Positions 26,360-40,380 of a DNA stretch of 64,000 nucleotides are shown one piece after another. This DNA comes from Octopus bimaculoides (lineage: Eukaryota), in assembly GCF_001194135.2 (NCBI RefSeq), contig NC_069002.1:27770968-27834967 (forward strand). The letters run 5' to 3'. The position numbers and the translations under genes are program-made. How positions within the stretch are numbered: position 1 is the stretch's first letter; each line of letters opens with the position of its first letter. A model generated the notes under the pieces. That model was not told the origin of the DNA, ran no database searches, and worked only from the letters and a program-made list of their open reading frames with translations.

Positions 26360-26805
26360 CAAGGGTGGCCTGAAAAGTTCATAAGTTGACTATGAAATAG
26401 CGATGCTAAAGCAGTGAAATTGTGCATGCATTAATTTCAACTCATAAATAACTACAATGTTTCTTTCCAGGGAAGCTGACTGTTCAAAGATGACTTCAAA
26501 GGTAATTAGTAGTGACTTCTCTTGAAAATGGAGAAAATTTGGCATCATAGTGTTATCAAGTACCTGCAGAAAAAAAGGGTTTAGCTCCCAAGGACATTCA
26601 AGCTGACATGGCTGCTATATTAGGGAATGATGCTCCATCTTAATCAACAGTGTAAAAGTAGGCAGCTGAATTTAGGAGGGGATGGGAGAGTCTTGAAGAT
26701 GACATGGTTTGGACGTCCTGCAGTTGCCACCACCAAGGAAAACCATGATTGTGCCTACTACATGGTGATGGAGGACAGGCAATTGGCAATGGAAGTCAAA
26801 CATCA
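26360..26805 (+). pseudogene. Mariner transposon 5' relic (TIR plus N-terminal HTH of transposase)
   Basis: ATG at 26528 gives MEKIWHHSVIKYLQKKGLAPKDIQADMAAILGNDAPS*STV*K*AAEFRRGWESLEDD...GRPAVATTKEN, with stops and frameshifts. Truncated by a SINE A copy. Confidence 0.88.
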
Positions 26806-29721
26806 AAGATTGTGGTAAGTAGCTTGCTTACCAACCACATGGTTCTGGGTTCAGTCCCACTGCGTGGCATCTTGGGCAAGTGTCTTCTACTAAAGCCTCG
26901 GGCCGACCAAAGCCTTGAGTGGATTTGGTAGACGGAAACTGAAAGAAGCCCATCGTATATATGTATGTATATACGTANNNNNNNNNNNNNNNNNNNNNNN
27001 NNNNNNNNNNNNNNNNNNNNNNNNNNNNNNNNNNNNNNNNNNNNNNNNNNNNNNNNNNNNNNNNNNNNNNNNNNNNNNNNNNNNNNNNNNNNNNNNNNNN
27101 NNNNNNNNNNNNNNNNNNNNNNNNNNNNNNNNNNNNNNNNNGATTGTGGTAAGTAGCTTGCTTACCAACCACATGGTTCTGGGTTCAGTCCCACTGCGTG
27201 GCATCTTGGGCAAGTGTCTTCTACTAAAGCCTCGGGCCGACCAAAGCCTTGAGTGGATTTGGTAGACGGAAACTGAAAGAAGCCCATCGTATATATGTAT
27301 GTATGTATGTGTGTCTGTGTTTGTCCCCCCAACTTCGCTTGACAACTGATGCTGGTGTGTTTATGTCCCCGTAACTTAGCGGTTCGGCAAAAAGAGCCTG
27401 ATAGAATAAGTACTAGGCTTACAAAGAATAAGTCCTGGGGTCGATTTGCTCGACTACAAGGCGGTGCCCAAGCATGGCCGCAGTCAAATGACCGAAACAA
27501 GTAAAAGAGTAAAAAGAGAGTCAGAGTATTCGATAGTATCGTCTTCTAATTGTTTCAGAATTTGACAAACAACCATCAATTTTAGGAAAAGGAGTATTGA
27601 ATATGTTGATTGCATTGACCCAAGTACTTAACTGGTACTTATTTATTGACCCTGAAAGAATGAAAGGCAAGTCAACCACAAAAGCATTTGAACTCAGTAC
27701 ATAAACAGTTGGAAGAAATGCCACTAAGTATCGTCCTGCACAGCAATTATTCTGCCAACTTGCCACCTTAGAATCATATAATCTTAGCAGTGTTAGCTTA
27801 TATGGTCAAGTTTTGGGGAGTTATTATATCCTGAAAACATCTATTACATAATAATACTATATACAGGCAGGTAGAGTTATATATGCGGTGTATTGAACTC
27901 CTAATGAATATACAACAAATGTTATATATTTGTTTAAATAATTAAAATCTGCCAATCACATGGCATGCACGAGTTTTATGTGACGTTGTCCTTTTTTTTT
28001 TTCTCTTCTTCTTATATATATTGCGATTAAAATAAACAGGGACACACGAATCCATCACTACAGGATCACGGTTGATGTCGTTACCCCTTCACATATGTTC
28101 TGCTGCTGGTTGTGTTTCCGCTATGGCCAGATAGAAATTCACAGGTTATGGCCATTTGATCCTTGTTCCTATACCAGTGATTATCAAATAAGGTAATTAC
28201 AAAACTTGGCAATATATAATACTGACAAGAATCTATGGGTAACATTTACTTCTCTTGCTAAACTACACTCAACTCCCAGCTCAAATGCCACTTTTTGAAC
28301 TCATTACATTAAAAGAATGCATGAAAGCACATGTCTTCATGGCTGGGGTGTTGAGCCTCATAAACATAAAGGTGTGAATTTGATTCTTGGACCAGGTGAC
28401 ATGTTGCCCCTGACTGGCCTTCGTGCCAGTGGCACGTAAAAGCACCCACTACACTCTCAGAGTGGTTGGCATTAGGAAGGGCATCCAGCTGTAGAAACTC
28501 TGCCAAATCAGATTGGAGCCTGGTGTAGCCATCTGGTTCACCAGTCCTCAGTCAAATCGTCCAACCCATGCTAGTATGGAAAGCGGACGTTAAACGATGT
28601 TGATGATGATTTCATTTCACATTGCTCCAGTCTATTCTAATGAAAATGAGTACCAGCTGCCTACTGGTGCAGCCCACTCTCACTCCAGCTGTCACATCCT
28701 CAATGTTCCACTAGGTCAACTACAAGAAATCCAAGAGCATGTCTACATCTACTTGCACCTACATAGACATCTAAAACAATTAGCAAAAGTGTGGTACCTA
28801 CAACCAAGTCATACAGCTATGCATTATGTCCAAGCATCAACATTGCTCATGATAATTATCGAGAATTAGAATTATGACAAGGATGACTTGAGCTGTTACA
28901 CTTCTCGTTGACCTTTGACATGGTTCAACAACCAATCCCAAAATGTTGGGAGTCAGTGCAGGTTGTACTATTCATCCTTTCAACTGCTGAATACAAAACG
29001 TGGCTCACGGGGCCTTCATTTTGGCTGATTTTCCTGAGTCACCATCTCACACTTGTGCATCAATCCATCACAAGGTTACCCATTCACAGCTGAGTGGACT
29101 GGAGCAACATGAAACGAAGGGTCTTGCTCAAGATCACAATGCACAGCCAGTCTAGTAATTAAAAGCATGACCTAGTGATCACAAGTGCAACACCCTAACC
29201 ACTAAGCCATGCACCTTCACCATACACTGGAGAAGACACTTTCCTTATGTGGTCAGTCCTTTTGAGCCTGTTCACCTGTAAACGCATGGACAACTTGATG
29301 CATTTACAACAATCAATTCTTCATTATTGCCAAGATTAAAAATTTCAATTCAGACCTTCTATGAGAAAGCTACAGATAGATACAAGGAAAGAAATATGCT
29401 TAACCTCTTAGTATTCAAACTGGCCACCATCAAACCACCTGTTGTATATTTACATAGGCCAGCTCTGGCCTCTTACCTTACAATGTCACTAAAAAAAATA
29501 AACAATCACATCAGTGAAATCTCCAAGCTCTGAGGTAATGCATAATTAATTCAAAACAATGTGAATAAATAAGCATTACATCTGACAATAATACTAATAC
29601 TAAAGGGTTAAGGTGAAGATGAATGTCTGTCAATGTTCAATCTTCAAATTTTCATTTGCAAGGCGTTGCACTTAAAATGTTAAACTTCTGCAAATAAGCT
29701 TTATATTTTAGAACTATGAGA

Positions 29722-30113
29722 GGCGCAGGAGTGGCTGTGTGGTAAGTAGCTTGCTTACCAACCACATGGTTCCCGGTTCAGTCCCACTGCGTGGCACCTT
29801 GGGCAAGTGTCTTCTACTATAGCCTCGGGCCGACCAAAGCCTTGTGAGTGGATTTGGTAGACGGAAATTGAAAGAAGCTTGTCATATATATATATATATA
29901 TATCTATATATGTGTGTGTGTGTATGTGTCCCCAACATCGCTTGACAACCGATGCTGGTGTTTTTACGTCCCCATAATTTAGCGGTTCGGCAAAAAGAGA
30001 CCGATAGAATAAGTACTAGGCTTACAAAGAATAAGTCCTGGGGTCGATTTTCTCGACTAAAGGCAGTGCTCCAGCATGGCCGCAGTCAAATGACTGAAAC
30101 AAGTAAAAGAGTA
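29722..30113 (+). mobile_element. tRNA-derived SINE family A (full length), representative of about 20 copies
   Basis: A box tggctgtgtggt, B box ggttcagtccc, internal (TA/TG)n, tail gactgaaacaagtaaaagagt. Other copies near 5970-6375, 6900-7270, 14107-14516, 23385-23755, 27142-27520, 31350-31719, 31790-32160, 53905-54525 and 63800-64000. Confidence 0.88.
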
Positions 30114-33100
30114 AGTGACCAGCATCAGAACTCTGGCCTCTTCTCTCATACTTCAACACCTCATTTAGTACAAAACCACCTTTCTCAGGGTTTATAATCT
30201 TACAAGCTGCATGGTGACCTCACTACTGCTGGTAGCATGAAAGCACCCAGCACATGCTGCAAAGTAGTTGGCATTAGGAAGGGCATCCGGCTGTAAAAGA
30301 CCATGCCCAAGTAGACAATAGAGCATGATGCAATCCTTGGACCAGTTTTCATTTTTCATGGTTTTGTAATATTTTTATTATTAATTTCTCAAAAACATAA
30401 GTTGCTTTCAGAACAGTGTGTCTTGAAAACAAACAGTACAACCCATGCCAGCATGGAATGTGGACATTAAATGATGATGAGTCAGGTCAAGAATTGCCTG
30501 CGATAAAACTCAAAGAAGGCTTAAGGTCAACATGGTTAAGTGAATTAGTATTCTCTATCAAAGACTACATGGTGTATCTGTCAGAAGAATTTATAATGTA
30601 ATAACTGAAATTAGCATGTAATATAAGATATAAACATGTGGCTGGAGGTGCAATGTCAATTTGAACGACAGTTTGAGCATAAACGAGTAAAAAAAATTAC
30701 CTAAAAATTAAGATATTAGTTTATTTTATTTATCCAACCTTGGCCAGCATCAAAAACAATGACAATAAAAGACCTGCAATATTTGCATGTTTTCCAAAAA
30801 GACGAAAAGAAAAAAAAATTGGGGGNNNNNNNNNNGTTTTCCAAAAAGACGAAAAGAAAAAAAAATGGGGGGGGGGGGGCAAGGCTATGTGTTTAAGAAG
30901 TTTACTTTGCAATCGCATGCATTCAGATTCAATCTCATTGTAAGGCACCTTGGTTAAATAAAACTATAGCCCAGGCTGACCAATACCTTACAAGTATTTT
31001 TGGCAGATGAAAACTGTATAGAAGCCTATCATGTATTTGTCTTATTGTTTTAACATCCATTTTTCCATGCATGTATGGGTTAGGCAGAATTATGTATGTA
31101 AATAGGTGTGAGCATACACAAATATTGATATTCTGTTGCTTTGCTTGTCACCACCTGAGAAAGACTGATCCGATGTTTACATTTCTTGTTGATATTGTGA
31201 CTGGTCACTGGGTGCTTTCAATACAAAATCCCATACTAGAAAAACAAAGATTGTTGACAGGAAGAGCATCTGGCCATAAAATTCTACTTCAGATATTATA
31301 TCTCCATCCAACCGACATGAATGTGGAAAAATGGAAATTAAACAAATAATACTCTCTCTTTACTCTTTTACTCATTTCAGTCATTTGACTGCGACCATGC
31401 TGGAGCACCGCCTTTAGTCGAGCAAATCGACCCCAGGAGTTATTCTTTGGAAGCCTAGTACTTATTCTATCGGTCTCTTTTTGCTGAACCAGTAAGTTAC
31501 GGGGACTTAAACACACCAGCATCAGTTGTCAAGCGATGATGGGAGGGACAAACACACATACATATATATACATACATACGACGGGCTTCTTTCAGTTTCC
31601 ATCTACGTCGGCCTGAGGCTATAGTAGAAGACACTTGCCCTAGGTGCCACGCAGTGGGACTGAACTCGGAACCATGTGGTTGGTAAGCAAGCTACTTACC
31701 ACACAGCCACTCCTGCGCCTATAATGGGTAATTTAGACTGAACAGTTTGAACAGAATTTGATGCCAGTAGTTTCTTGCCTCACTCACAGTTTTGTTGCTG
31801 TGGCCAAGATGGAGCACTGCCTTGAAGGGTTTTAGTCAAACAAATCGACCCCAAGACTTATTTCTTAAGCATAGTATTTATTCTATCAGTCCCTTTTGCT
31901 GAACTGCTAGATTATGGGGGCATAAACACACCAACACCGGTTGTCAAGTGGTGATGGAGGTAAAAAGACACATACACACACGTGCACATACATATCTATG
32001 ATGGGCTTCTTTCCATCTACCAAATCTACTCACAAGGCTTTGGTTAACCCAAGGCTACAGTAGAAGACACTTGCCCAAGCTGCCACACAGTGGAACCTGA
32101 ACCCAGAACCATGTGGTTGGGAAGCAAGCTTCTTACCACACAGCCATATCTGTGCTTTACAGGTAAATTTATAGTTATGAGCTTGGCGCAGTATTGACTT
32201 GCCACTTCCAGTCAAACCAGCCAACCCATGCCAGCATGGAAAACAGATGTCAAATTGTGATGATAATGATGAAATGAAGCAAGGCCTAAACATATTGAGG
32301 ACACTGTTGCAGAATTTTTAATGTTACAAATGGAATGAAAACTAAAATTCGCAAGAACTTCTTGCCAAATTGTTAATGTTACGGGTGGAATGAAACCGAA
32401 ATCTATTGAGGATTACCTTGATGACTTGAATATTATGAAATGGATTGAGAACTACACTTATCGTGGACTATCATGCCAAATACAATATTACAAATGGATT
32501 AAGAACTAAGGATTATCTTACCATAGTTTTGCGAATCCAGAGGTTTGCTGATAAAGCATTTTTACTATTTTGAGATCTTTTATGACATTAAACCTGTTTC
32601 AGCAGACTTTAAGAATTAATACACAGAAAATGAAATTTTTTTTTTTTTTTTAACTAGATTCTTCTGTTCTGAAAGATGTTTTCTGACTGCCTGCTTTCCT
32701 TATTAAATACTTTCATTCTTATATCTAGTCTGATATATATATATAAACTCTTTTTCACTTGACACACAGTTTATTCAGTCTTATTGAAAATTTCTACACA
32801 GATGTAACTTGAATGCCAATTATAGAAACCACAACCATTTTTTAGGGAAATTAATAAGTTATGAACTTTTAGAGACTGAAATTTTTTGTGATTTTAGCCA
32901 GTCAGATCCATCCATTCTCAACATTATGGAAGTCCACAAATTGATATTTGTAAATGTTCCTACTAAATGAGACCAACACAAGGTTAGAGGTTCGAGTTTA
33001 AGGTTTAGGGCTTGCAATGCACAGCAATATTTTATTATAAAATGTTAATTTGTTGTTTTATTTCATTTAATATTTTTCATCTTTAAAGGTTTTGTAATAT

Positions 33101-35549
33101 CTTTATTATTAATTTCTCAAAAAAAAAAAAAAAAGTTGCTTTTAGAACTGTGTCTCGAAAACAAAAGCTAAAAAATGCAGTACTTTCCAAAATATCATGC
33201 TGTTGTGTCAATAATTAATGGATCAGATTGGCTTAAAATTACAAAAAAAAATTCAGTCTTTAAAAGGTATTTTTAACTATTTTATTATCAATTTTTTTTA
33301 ATTCTAATTTTCATGACAGGCATGCAAAACTACATCTGGATAAAAACCATGAATAAAATTGGACAATGTCAAACTGAAAAGATCCTATGTTCATCATCAT
33401 TTTATTGTCCTCTTTTTCATGCTTGCGTGGGTTGGACAGAGTTTACTGAGGCAGATTTTCTATGGCCACATGCCTTTCTCGTCACCTGTTTCCAAACAAG
33501 ATAATATTTTCCCCGTGGCCAGAGGTTATTGTAGAATATTGGAAATGAATGACACTTTATATGACAGTGATGTTTTGCAACTACCAAACAATGTCAAGAG
33601 AAGGAGGCACGCTCACACACACACACGACAAGCTTCTTTCAGTTTCCACCGACAAAATCCACTCACAAGGCTTTGGTTGGCCTGGGGCTATAGTAGAAGA
33701 CACTCGCCCAAGGTACCACACAACACACAATGAAACTGAACCCAGAACCATGTGAATGGAAAGCAAACTTCTTACCACATGGTCATGCTTGCACATAAAT
33801 TGACAAATATTAGCATTTAAGATAATACCATTAGATTTCAGTTTCTAGGAAATAGCTATTATGTGATGAGGGAAATGGTAAGCAGAGATTCTAAAAAAGA
33901 AGTAATGAACATGTATATTGTTGTTGTTGGGACTCCGTCGCTTACGACATCGAGGGTTCCAGTTGCTCTGATCAACGGAACAGCCTGCTCGTGAAATTAA
34001 CGTGCAAGTGGCTGAGCACTCCACAGACACGTCTACCCTTAACGTAGTTCTCGGGGGATATTCAGCGTGACAAGGCTGACACTTTGAATTAGAGGCACAA
34101 CAGAAACAGGAAGAAAGAGTGAGAGAAAGTTGTGGTGAAAGAGTACAGCAGGGTTCGCCACCACCCCCTGCCGGAGCCGCGTGGAGCTTTAGGTGTTTTC
34201 GCTCAATAAACACTCACAACGCCCGGTCTGGGAATCGAAACCGCAATCCTATGNNNNNNNNNNNNNNNNNNNNNNNNNNNNNNNNNNNNNNNNNNNNNNN
34301 NNNNNNNNNNNNNNNNNNNNNNNNNNNNNNNNNNNNNNNNNNNNNNNNNNNNNNNNNNNNNNNNNNNNNNNNNNNNNNNNNNNNNNNNNNNNNNNNNNNN
34401 NNNNNNNNNNNNNNNNNNNNNNNNNNNNNNNNNNNNNNNNNNNNNNNNNNNNNNNNNNNNNNNNNNNNNNNNNNNNNNNNNNNNNNNNNNNNNNNNNNNN
34501 NNNNNNNNNNNNNNNNNNNNNNNNNNNNNNNNNNNNNNNNNNNNNNNNNNNNNNNNNNNNNNNNNNNNNNNNNNNNNNNNNNNNNNNNNNNNNNNNNNNN
34601 NNNNNNNNNNNNNNNNNNNNNNNNNNNNNNNNNNNNNNNNNNNNNNNNNNNNNNNNNNNNNNNNNNNNNNNNNNNNNNNNNNNNNNNNNNNNNNNNNNNN
34701 NNNNNNNNNNNNNNNNNNNNNNNNNNNNNNNNNNNNNNNNNNNNNNNNNNNNNNNNNNNNNNNNNNNNNNNNNNNNNNNNNNNNNNNNNNNNNNNNNNNN
34801 NNNNNNNNNNNNNNNNNNNNNNNNNNNNNNNNNNNNNNNNNNNNNNNNNNNNNNNNNNNTCTCAATAGCATTAATAATGCCAGTATTAAATCACTATTTC
34901 AAAGTAATAAAAAACAAAAACATTAAAAAGCCTTACTGTCTATACGTTGATTCATTAACTCTTAGAGCATTGCCAGACCAATATATCAGATTCAGTAATA
35001 TAGTGAAAAAACACTACACAACTAAAATACCAAACCGTCTGCTTAACTGCCAACAAACTAATCATGCTGCAAATTACATCTTACAGTCAGCGGGTATTGT
35101 TTACAAAATTTTTGTGTTTTATCTTTTTACCTTTTCTTTTATTTGTTTCAGTCACTAGACTCAGCTCATGCTGGAGCACCACCTTCAGGAATTTTTAGTC
35201 AAAGGAATCAACTTCCAGTACTTATTATTTTTTTTTTTTGAGCTTAGGATTTATTTTATCATTCTCTTTTGCTGAACCACTAAGTTACATGGGACGTAAA
35301 CAAGCCAACATCAGTTGTCAAGCAATGGTAGGGGACAAACACACACACACACAATCATTTATCATCCATTTTCCATGCTGACATGGGGTTGGACGGTTTG
35401 ACAAGAGCTGAGTAGCTGTTTTGGCATAGTTTCTACAGCTGGATGCCCTTCCTAACACCAACCACTTTACAGAGTGTACACAGCACCAGCACAGGTGCAT
35501 TTACATGGCACCAGTACAGGTGCCTTTTACATGGTACCAGCATCTATGA

Positions 35550-36460
35550 GCCTGCAAGATTAGGAATTCAGGGGACAAGCCTGTATGCAAGGACAACCAA
35601 TGCTTTTACTTAGCTTGGTGTGTTTTCTCAAGCACAGCAAACCGCCAGGAGTCTCAGTCCCCTGTCATCCCCTCTATGAGTCCCAACGTCTCTAGATCCT
35701 TTCTCACCACTTCGTCCCATGTCTTCCTGGGTCCACTCTTTCCACATGCTCCCTCTACAATTAGAGATCAGCACCTCCTGATGCAACTGTCTTCATTTAT
35801 ATGCATTACATAGCCGTACCAGTGCAGTCTTCTCTCTCACATACTGCATCAGATGCTATGTATACCTAGTTTTTCTCTCAAACCACTTACACTCTGTCAT
35901 ATAAGCATACTGACATTACTCATCCAGCAGAGCATACTGGATTCATTTCTTTCAAGCCTTCACATATCTTCAAGGTCACAGCCCATGTCTCACTGCCATG
36001 TAGCATGGCTGTTCATACACAAGCATCATACAATCTGCTTTTCACTCTGAAGGAGAAGCCCTTCATTACTAACAGAGCTCTCTGAACTTGGCCCAGCCTT
36101 TTCTTATTCTAGCAACTATGCTTTCAGAACAACCTCCCCCAATACTAACTTGGCTGCCTAAATAATAGAAACTATCTACTACTTCTAAGGATCCCCTCTG
36201 ATATTTGAGAGAGTCTATTTTTTTGTACATTCCTGATGTTTAATGTACATGCACATCTGCCACATGTAAAGACTACTTTCTCTGTTAGGCTTCCCGTGAT
36301 ACCACTGCACCTCATATATGTCCATAGCTTGCACTGGGTACACCTTATGGAGTTTCTCCCAACACCTTTTCTACATATCAAGTAGAGCCATCGCCCTGAA
36401 GGGATCTGTGATTTGTCTGTTCTCTTACTTATCAATACTATTGTCTTTGCTAAATTAACT
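35550..36460 (-). mobile_element. Degenerate RTE LINE 3' ORF portion including a Cys/His finger
   Basis: ICRKGVGRNSIRCTQCKLWTYMRCSGITG...CGRC, followed by a decayed RT C-terminus and an RTE tail near 35355-35540. Confidence 0.85.
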
Positions 36461-39400
36461 CTGAGGCGCTTTGATTCCAGCCCGTGCTTGCATACCTGAA
36501 GTGATGGGTTTCTTTCTATCTCTGTCTACCAAATCCACTCACAAGGCTTTGGTCAGCCTGTTGCTATAGTAGAAAGTACCTGCCAAAGACACCATGCAGT
36601 CGGACCAAACCTGGAACCACGTGGTTGGAAAGCGAACTTCTTACTACACAGCCATGCCTGCATCTATGCATTTCTTAATGATTTCCATGAAGGATACAGA
36701 TAACAGCATGATAACAGTTGTAGTGATCAGGATATCGACAATGTTAGAAGCAATGGAAATGGTGTAATATCAGATTGTTTATATTCTGAAGAAGAGAGGC
36801 GACAGTGAGAATGATAGCAATGATGTATGTTGACAGTGGTGGAGTGCATTCATGTACTGGAGCTAGAAATTAAACATTTGTCCAGTTGTTCTTTAATAGA
36901 TGAGTTAATTAGCATAATTAAATTTCAAGTGATTCAGTCAGTTGCTCAGCAAGATCTTTTTGCTTATAACACTTTTGAGTGAAAGTTATATAATGTTATT
37001 AGAGTCACAATGTTTTTCTGTTATTTTTTGCAGTAGAGACAAAATGGCTGTGAGCACCTATGTACTCGGCAAAATAATGAAAGTCTTAAGGTTATCCGGT
37101 TTTATTTCCTGAAACGGTGAAATGCTTGTTGTTTCATTTTTTTAAACATGGCCATGTAATTACAAATGCAAACATTTAACCATTTAACATTCAGATTACT
37201 CTGTCTAATGAGATGTCTGTTTAATCACATTAGTTTGAATTAATTATGCATTATCTCATAGCAACAATATTTTGATGATGTGATCATTTATTTTTCAAAT
37301 GATGTTGTAGGGTATGTGTGTGAGAGGCTGGATCTGTCCAGTTTGTGTATAAAACTGCTATTTGGGCTGAAGTGGCCAGTTTAAATGCTAAAAGGGTAAA
37401 ACACTTTAAATGCATACAAAATATATTTACAGATGTGGCTGTGTGGCAAGAAGCTTTCTTCTCAACCACATGGTTCCAGGTTCAGTCCCACTGTGCAGCA
37501 CCTTGGGCAAGTGTTGTCTACTATTATAGCCTCAGGCCGAGCAAGGCCTTGTGAGTGGATTTGGCAGACAGAAACAGAAAGAGGCCCATTGTATGTGTAT
37601 ATACAGATACATACATATTTCGAGTGTTGGGCTTCACGGAGGCAATGACCAAGACCTTTGGCATTATGTTGTGCATGAAAAGAAGACCCATGAAGCCGAG
37701 CAAAATCGCAATCGTGGCAGATACCGGAGTCATGCAAATTGGTACATAAATGCACCCTGGTGTCACACAAATGGCACCCATGCTGGTGGAATGATGAGAC
37801 TTATTCCACATAAAACAGAAATCTTTCATTTTATGATCCAGAAAGTGAAACCATTGAAGTTGGCAGAGATCTACATTATAGAAAAAAAAAGGTAAAAGTT
37901 GTGTGGTAGAACTCAACTAAACTTAGCAATGAAATCTGAGTGGAAGATTGTCTTTCTTTGAAACTGAAAGTTAATTTCAAAATTGTTTGTGTACAGAAAA
38001 AATGGCTAAACCTCTTATACAACAAGCACCTGTGAAAAGTGTAGACGATATTAACAGTGATGAGCTAACTGAAAGGAAATATGTTACAAAGGGTATTTGT
38101 AGTACGACAATGATGAAAGTACAATTCTTGCATTTTTAGAATTCCTAATTCAGCAGAACACTGATGAGATGACATGTTTGGTAAATTGCCACGTATGTTT
38201 TGATGGGAAAACTTGAAAGAACTGTGTATGCAGGCATTAGCAGAGTATGAGAGGAAGCTTCTTTCTTGTTTGGGTCTCGTATCCAACTGCCTCTCCTTGT
38301 ACATCTTGTATGTATTGGAGGGCAGCAGTTAACTGCAAACACTGTTGTTATGGAGCAGTTTGGTGTCGGTTGAGACACAACAGTGAACTGATACAACTAT
38401 TCTAGAGACGTATGTGTAGTGGTGGTGTAATGACCATCCCTGTTCAGATTGGCAGAAACAGAGTAACAGTGGAGATATAGATTGAAGTTCATGCACCACA
38501 AATATCACGTGGTTTTTATCAAGAGGGTTCCTAGCTTCTTGACACAACAGTCTAAAGTATATCCTTGTACCTGTCCTTGGTTGTAAAACTGCAATATTAA
38601 TTATTATGAACCATCACTGATCACATATCAGGTATGTGTATTATAACTGCTAGTGTATCTATCAACAGTTATGGAACCAGGATACTGTAAATCGTTATCT
38701 TAATTTTATAGATCCAAAAGATGGGGCTATCCACATGCCATGCACAGCACTTCAATCGGTGCTACTACATCTACCTTGCTATTTGCGACCTACCATAAAT
38801 GACAATGCACTCTACCAAACAACCCACTTACTGCCTTCAGCAATTAATTCCAGTCTAGTCGTTCACACTAGCACCATGCCGTGATCCATTCCATTGAGTG
38901 GCCGACCTACCATTGCTTAACAATTATCAGCTATCAACACAAAACTGTCAATCATCAAGTGAATTAGATGGACCCGACATCAGGAGCTCATACACAAGTG
39001 ATTGAGTGATCATAGCTCAATGTCAAAATTGAAATGCTCAAGAAAAAAAAGAGGCACATCTACTCAACATTTTCAATCGCATTTGGATCATTATTGTTGG
39101 AAAATGCTCAGGAAAAACAATGACCACTTCACTGCTTTTCTAAATGATATCAGATCAGTTTATAAACATTAAAATCAATATTTGATGATTTTTTTTTTTT
39201 ATTAATGATTTTTTGATGATATTTATTAATGATTTTTTGATGATATTAAAGAGGTGTTAATGATTTTTAATAAATTTTACACTACAAACTGTTTATTATG
39301 CTCCTTTCCTTTTGTAGAATAAATGTTTAATGATTTTTAACATATTTCATGCTACCAACGGTTGGTAGATATACTGTAGTAGAAAATTAATAGTAGATAT

Positions 39401-40037
39401 CCTGCTATAGTAGACAATGGATAGTAGATATCCTGTAGTAGCACCCGTCAATCTTTATATATCATCACTTTATGTTCCGTTTTCCATGCCAGCACAGGCT
39501 GGATGGTTTAACAGGTTCCAACACACTGAATGCCAATGGATGACCTTCCTAACACCTAATCATTTTACAGTGTGTACTAGATGCTTTTTTTCATGACACC
39601 AGCATTACTGTGGTCACTAAGTAACTGACAAGACAAGAAAAGAAAAGCCCTGTTGACTGGATGGGAGTGTACTTGAGGGATGGGGTGGTGGTTCAATGCT
39701 GGGTGTTGAGAGGCTAAAGTATGATGGAACCAGCACAGGTGTCTTGTGATAGAAGAGATACATGGTTACTCCACATAATATAATGGTAGGTGGGAGTAAC
39801 TGGAAAGAAGATAAAGATGGGGGTGATCGACGACAGACGCACAAAAAAATTTGCCAGAACTTGCTAAATGCCTTTGACAATATTATCCAAACTAATTACT
39901 ATATTTTAATTCATTATTCAAAAAAAAAATAATATAAAATAAATAAATAAAGCACTTCACAGAAAATTGGACTTTACATTTACAATTTCGTTTGATTTTC
40001 AGAGAAAAAGAATTCTTTCACTTTCGTTTCACTAGAG

Positions 40038-40161
40038 CAGTGTTTCTCAACCCTTGCGTAACCCTTAAAATAAATTATGTCTCAAAGAACCCCTGCACAG
40101 AAAAAAAAAAGATTATATATCTTTCCCATATATTTTTCAGCATAGTTCACATGGTAAATAT

Positions 40162-40198
<37 letters not shown>

Positions 40199-40380
40199 TG
40201 ATAACATAATAGGTTAGATAGGATGATGTCTATATTACAATAACCAATAATATGTTGTGCATGTCTAATAATATTACGATCATGAAATTAGCATTAGCCT
40301 ATCTCACTCTTTCTCGCGGAACCCCTAGGAACCTTTTGCGGAAGCCTAGGGTTCCTGGGAACTCCGGTTGAGAAACACTG
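40038..40380. mobile_element. hAT (Charlie-like) MITE
   Basis: Perfect 15-bp TIR cagtgtttctcaacc; the 8-bp TSD is not preserved. Confidence 0.8.

Noticed and set aside
26813-27300. Apparent tandem duplication of a SINE A head (26813-26977 and 27142-27300)
   Set aside because: The copies are identical and flank an N gap; most likely unmerged overlapping contig ends.
28100-28192. Plus-strand exon-like segment ending AAG|gtaatt (possible antisense nested gene)
   Set aside because: No partner exons or recognisable homology found.
30790-30880. Duplicated gttttccaaaaagacgaaaagaaaaaaaa around a 10-N gap
   Set aside because: Assembly artefact at homopolymer runs.
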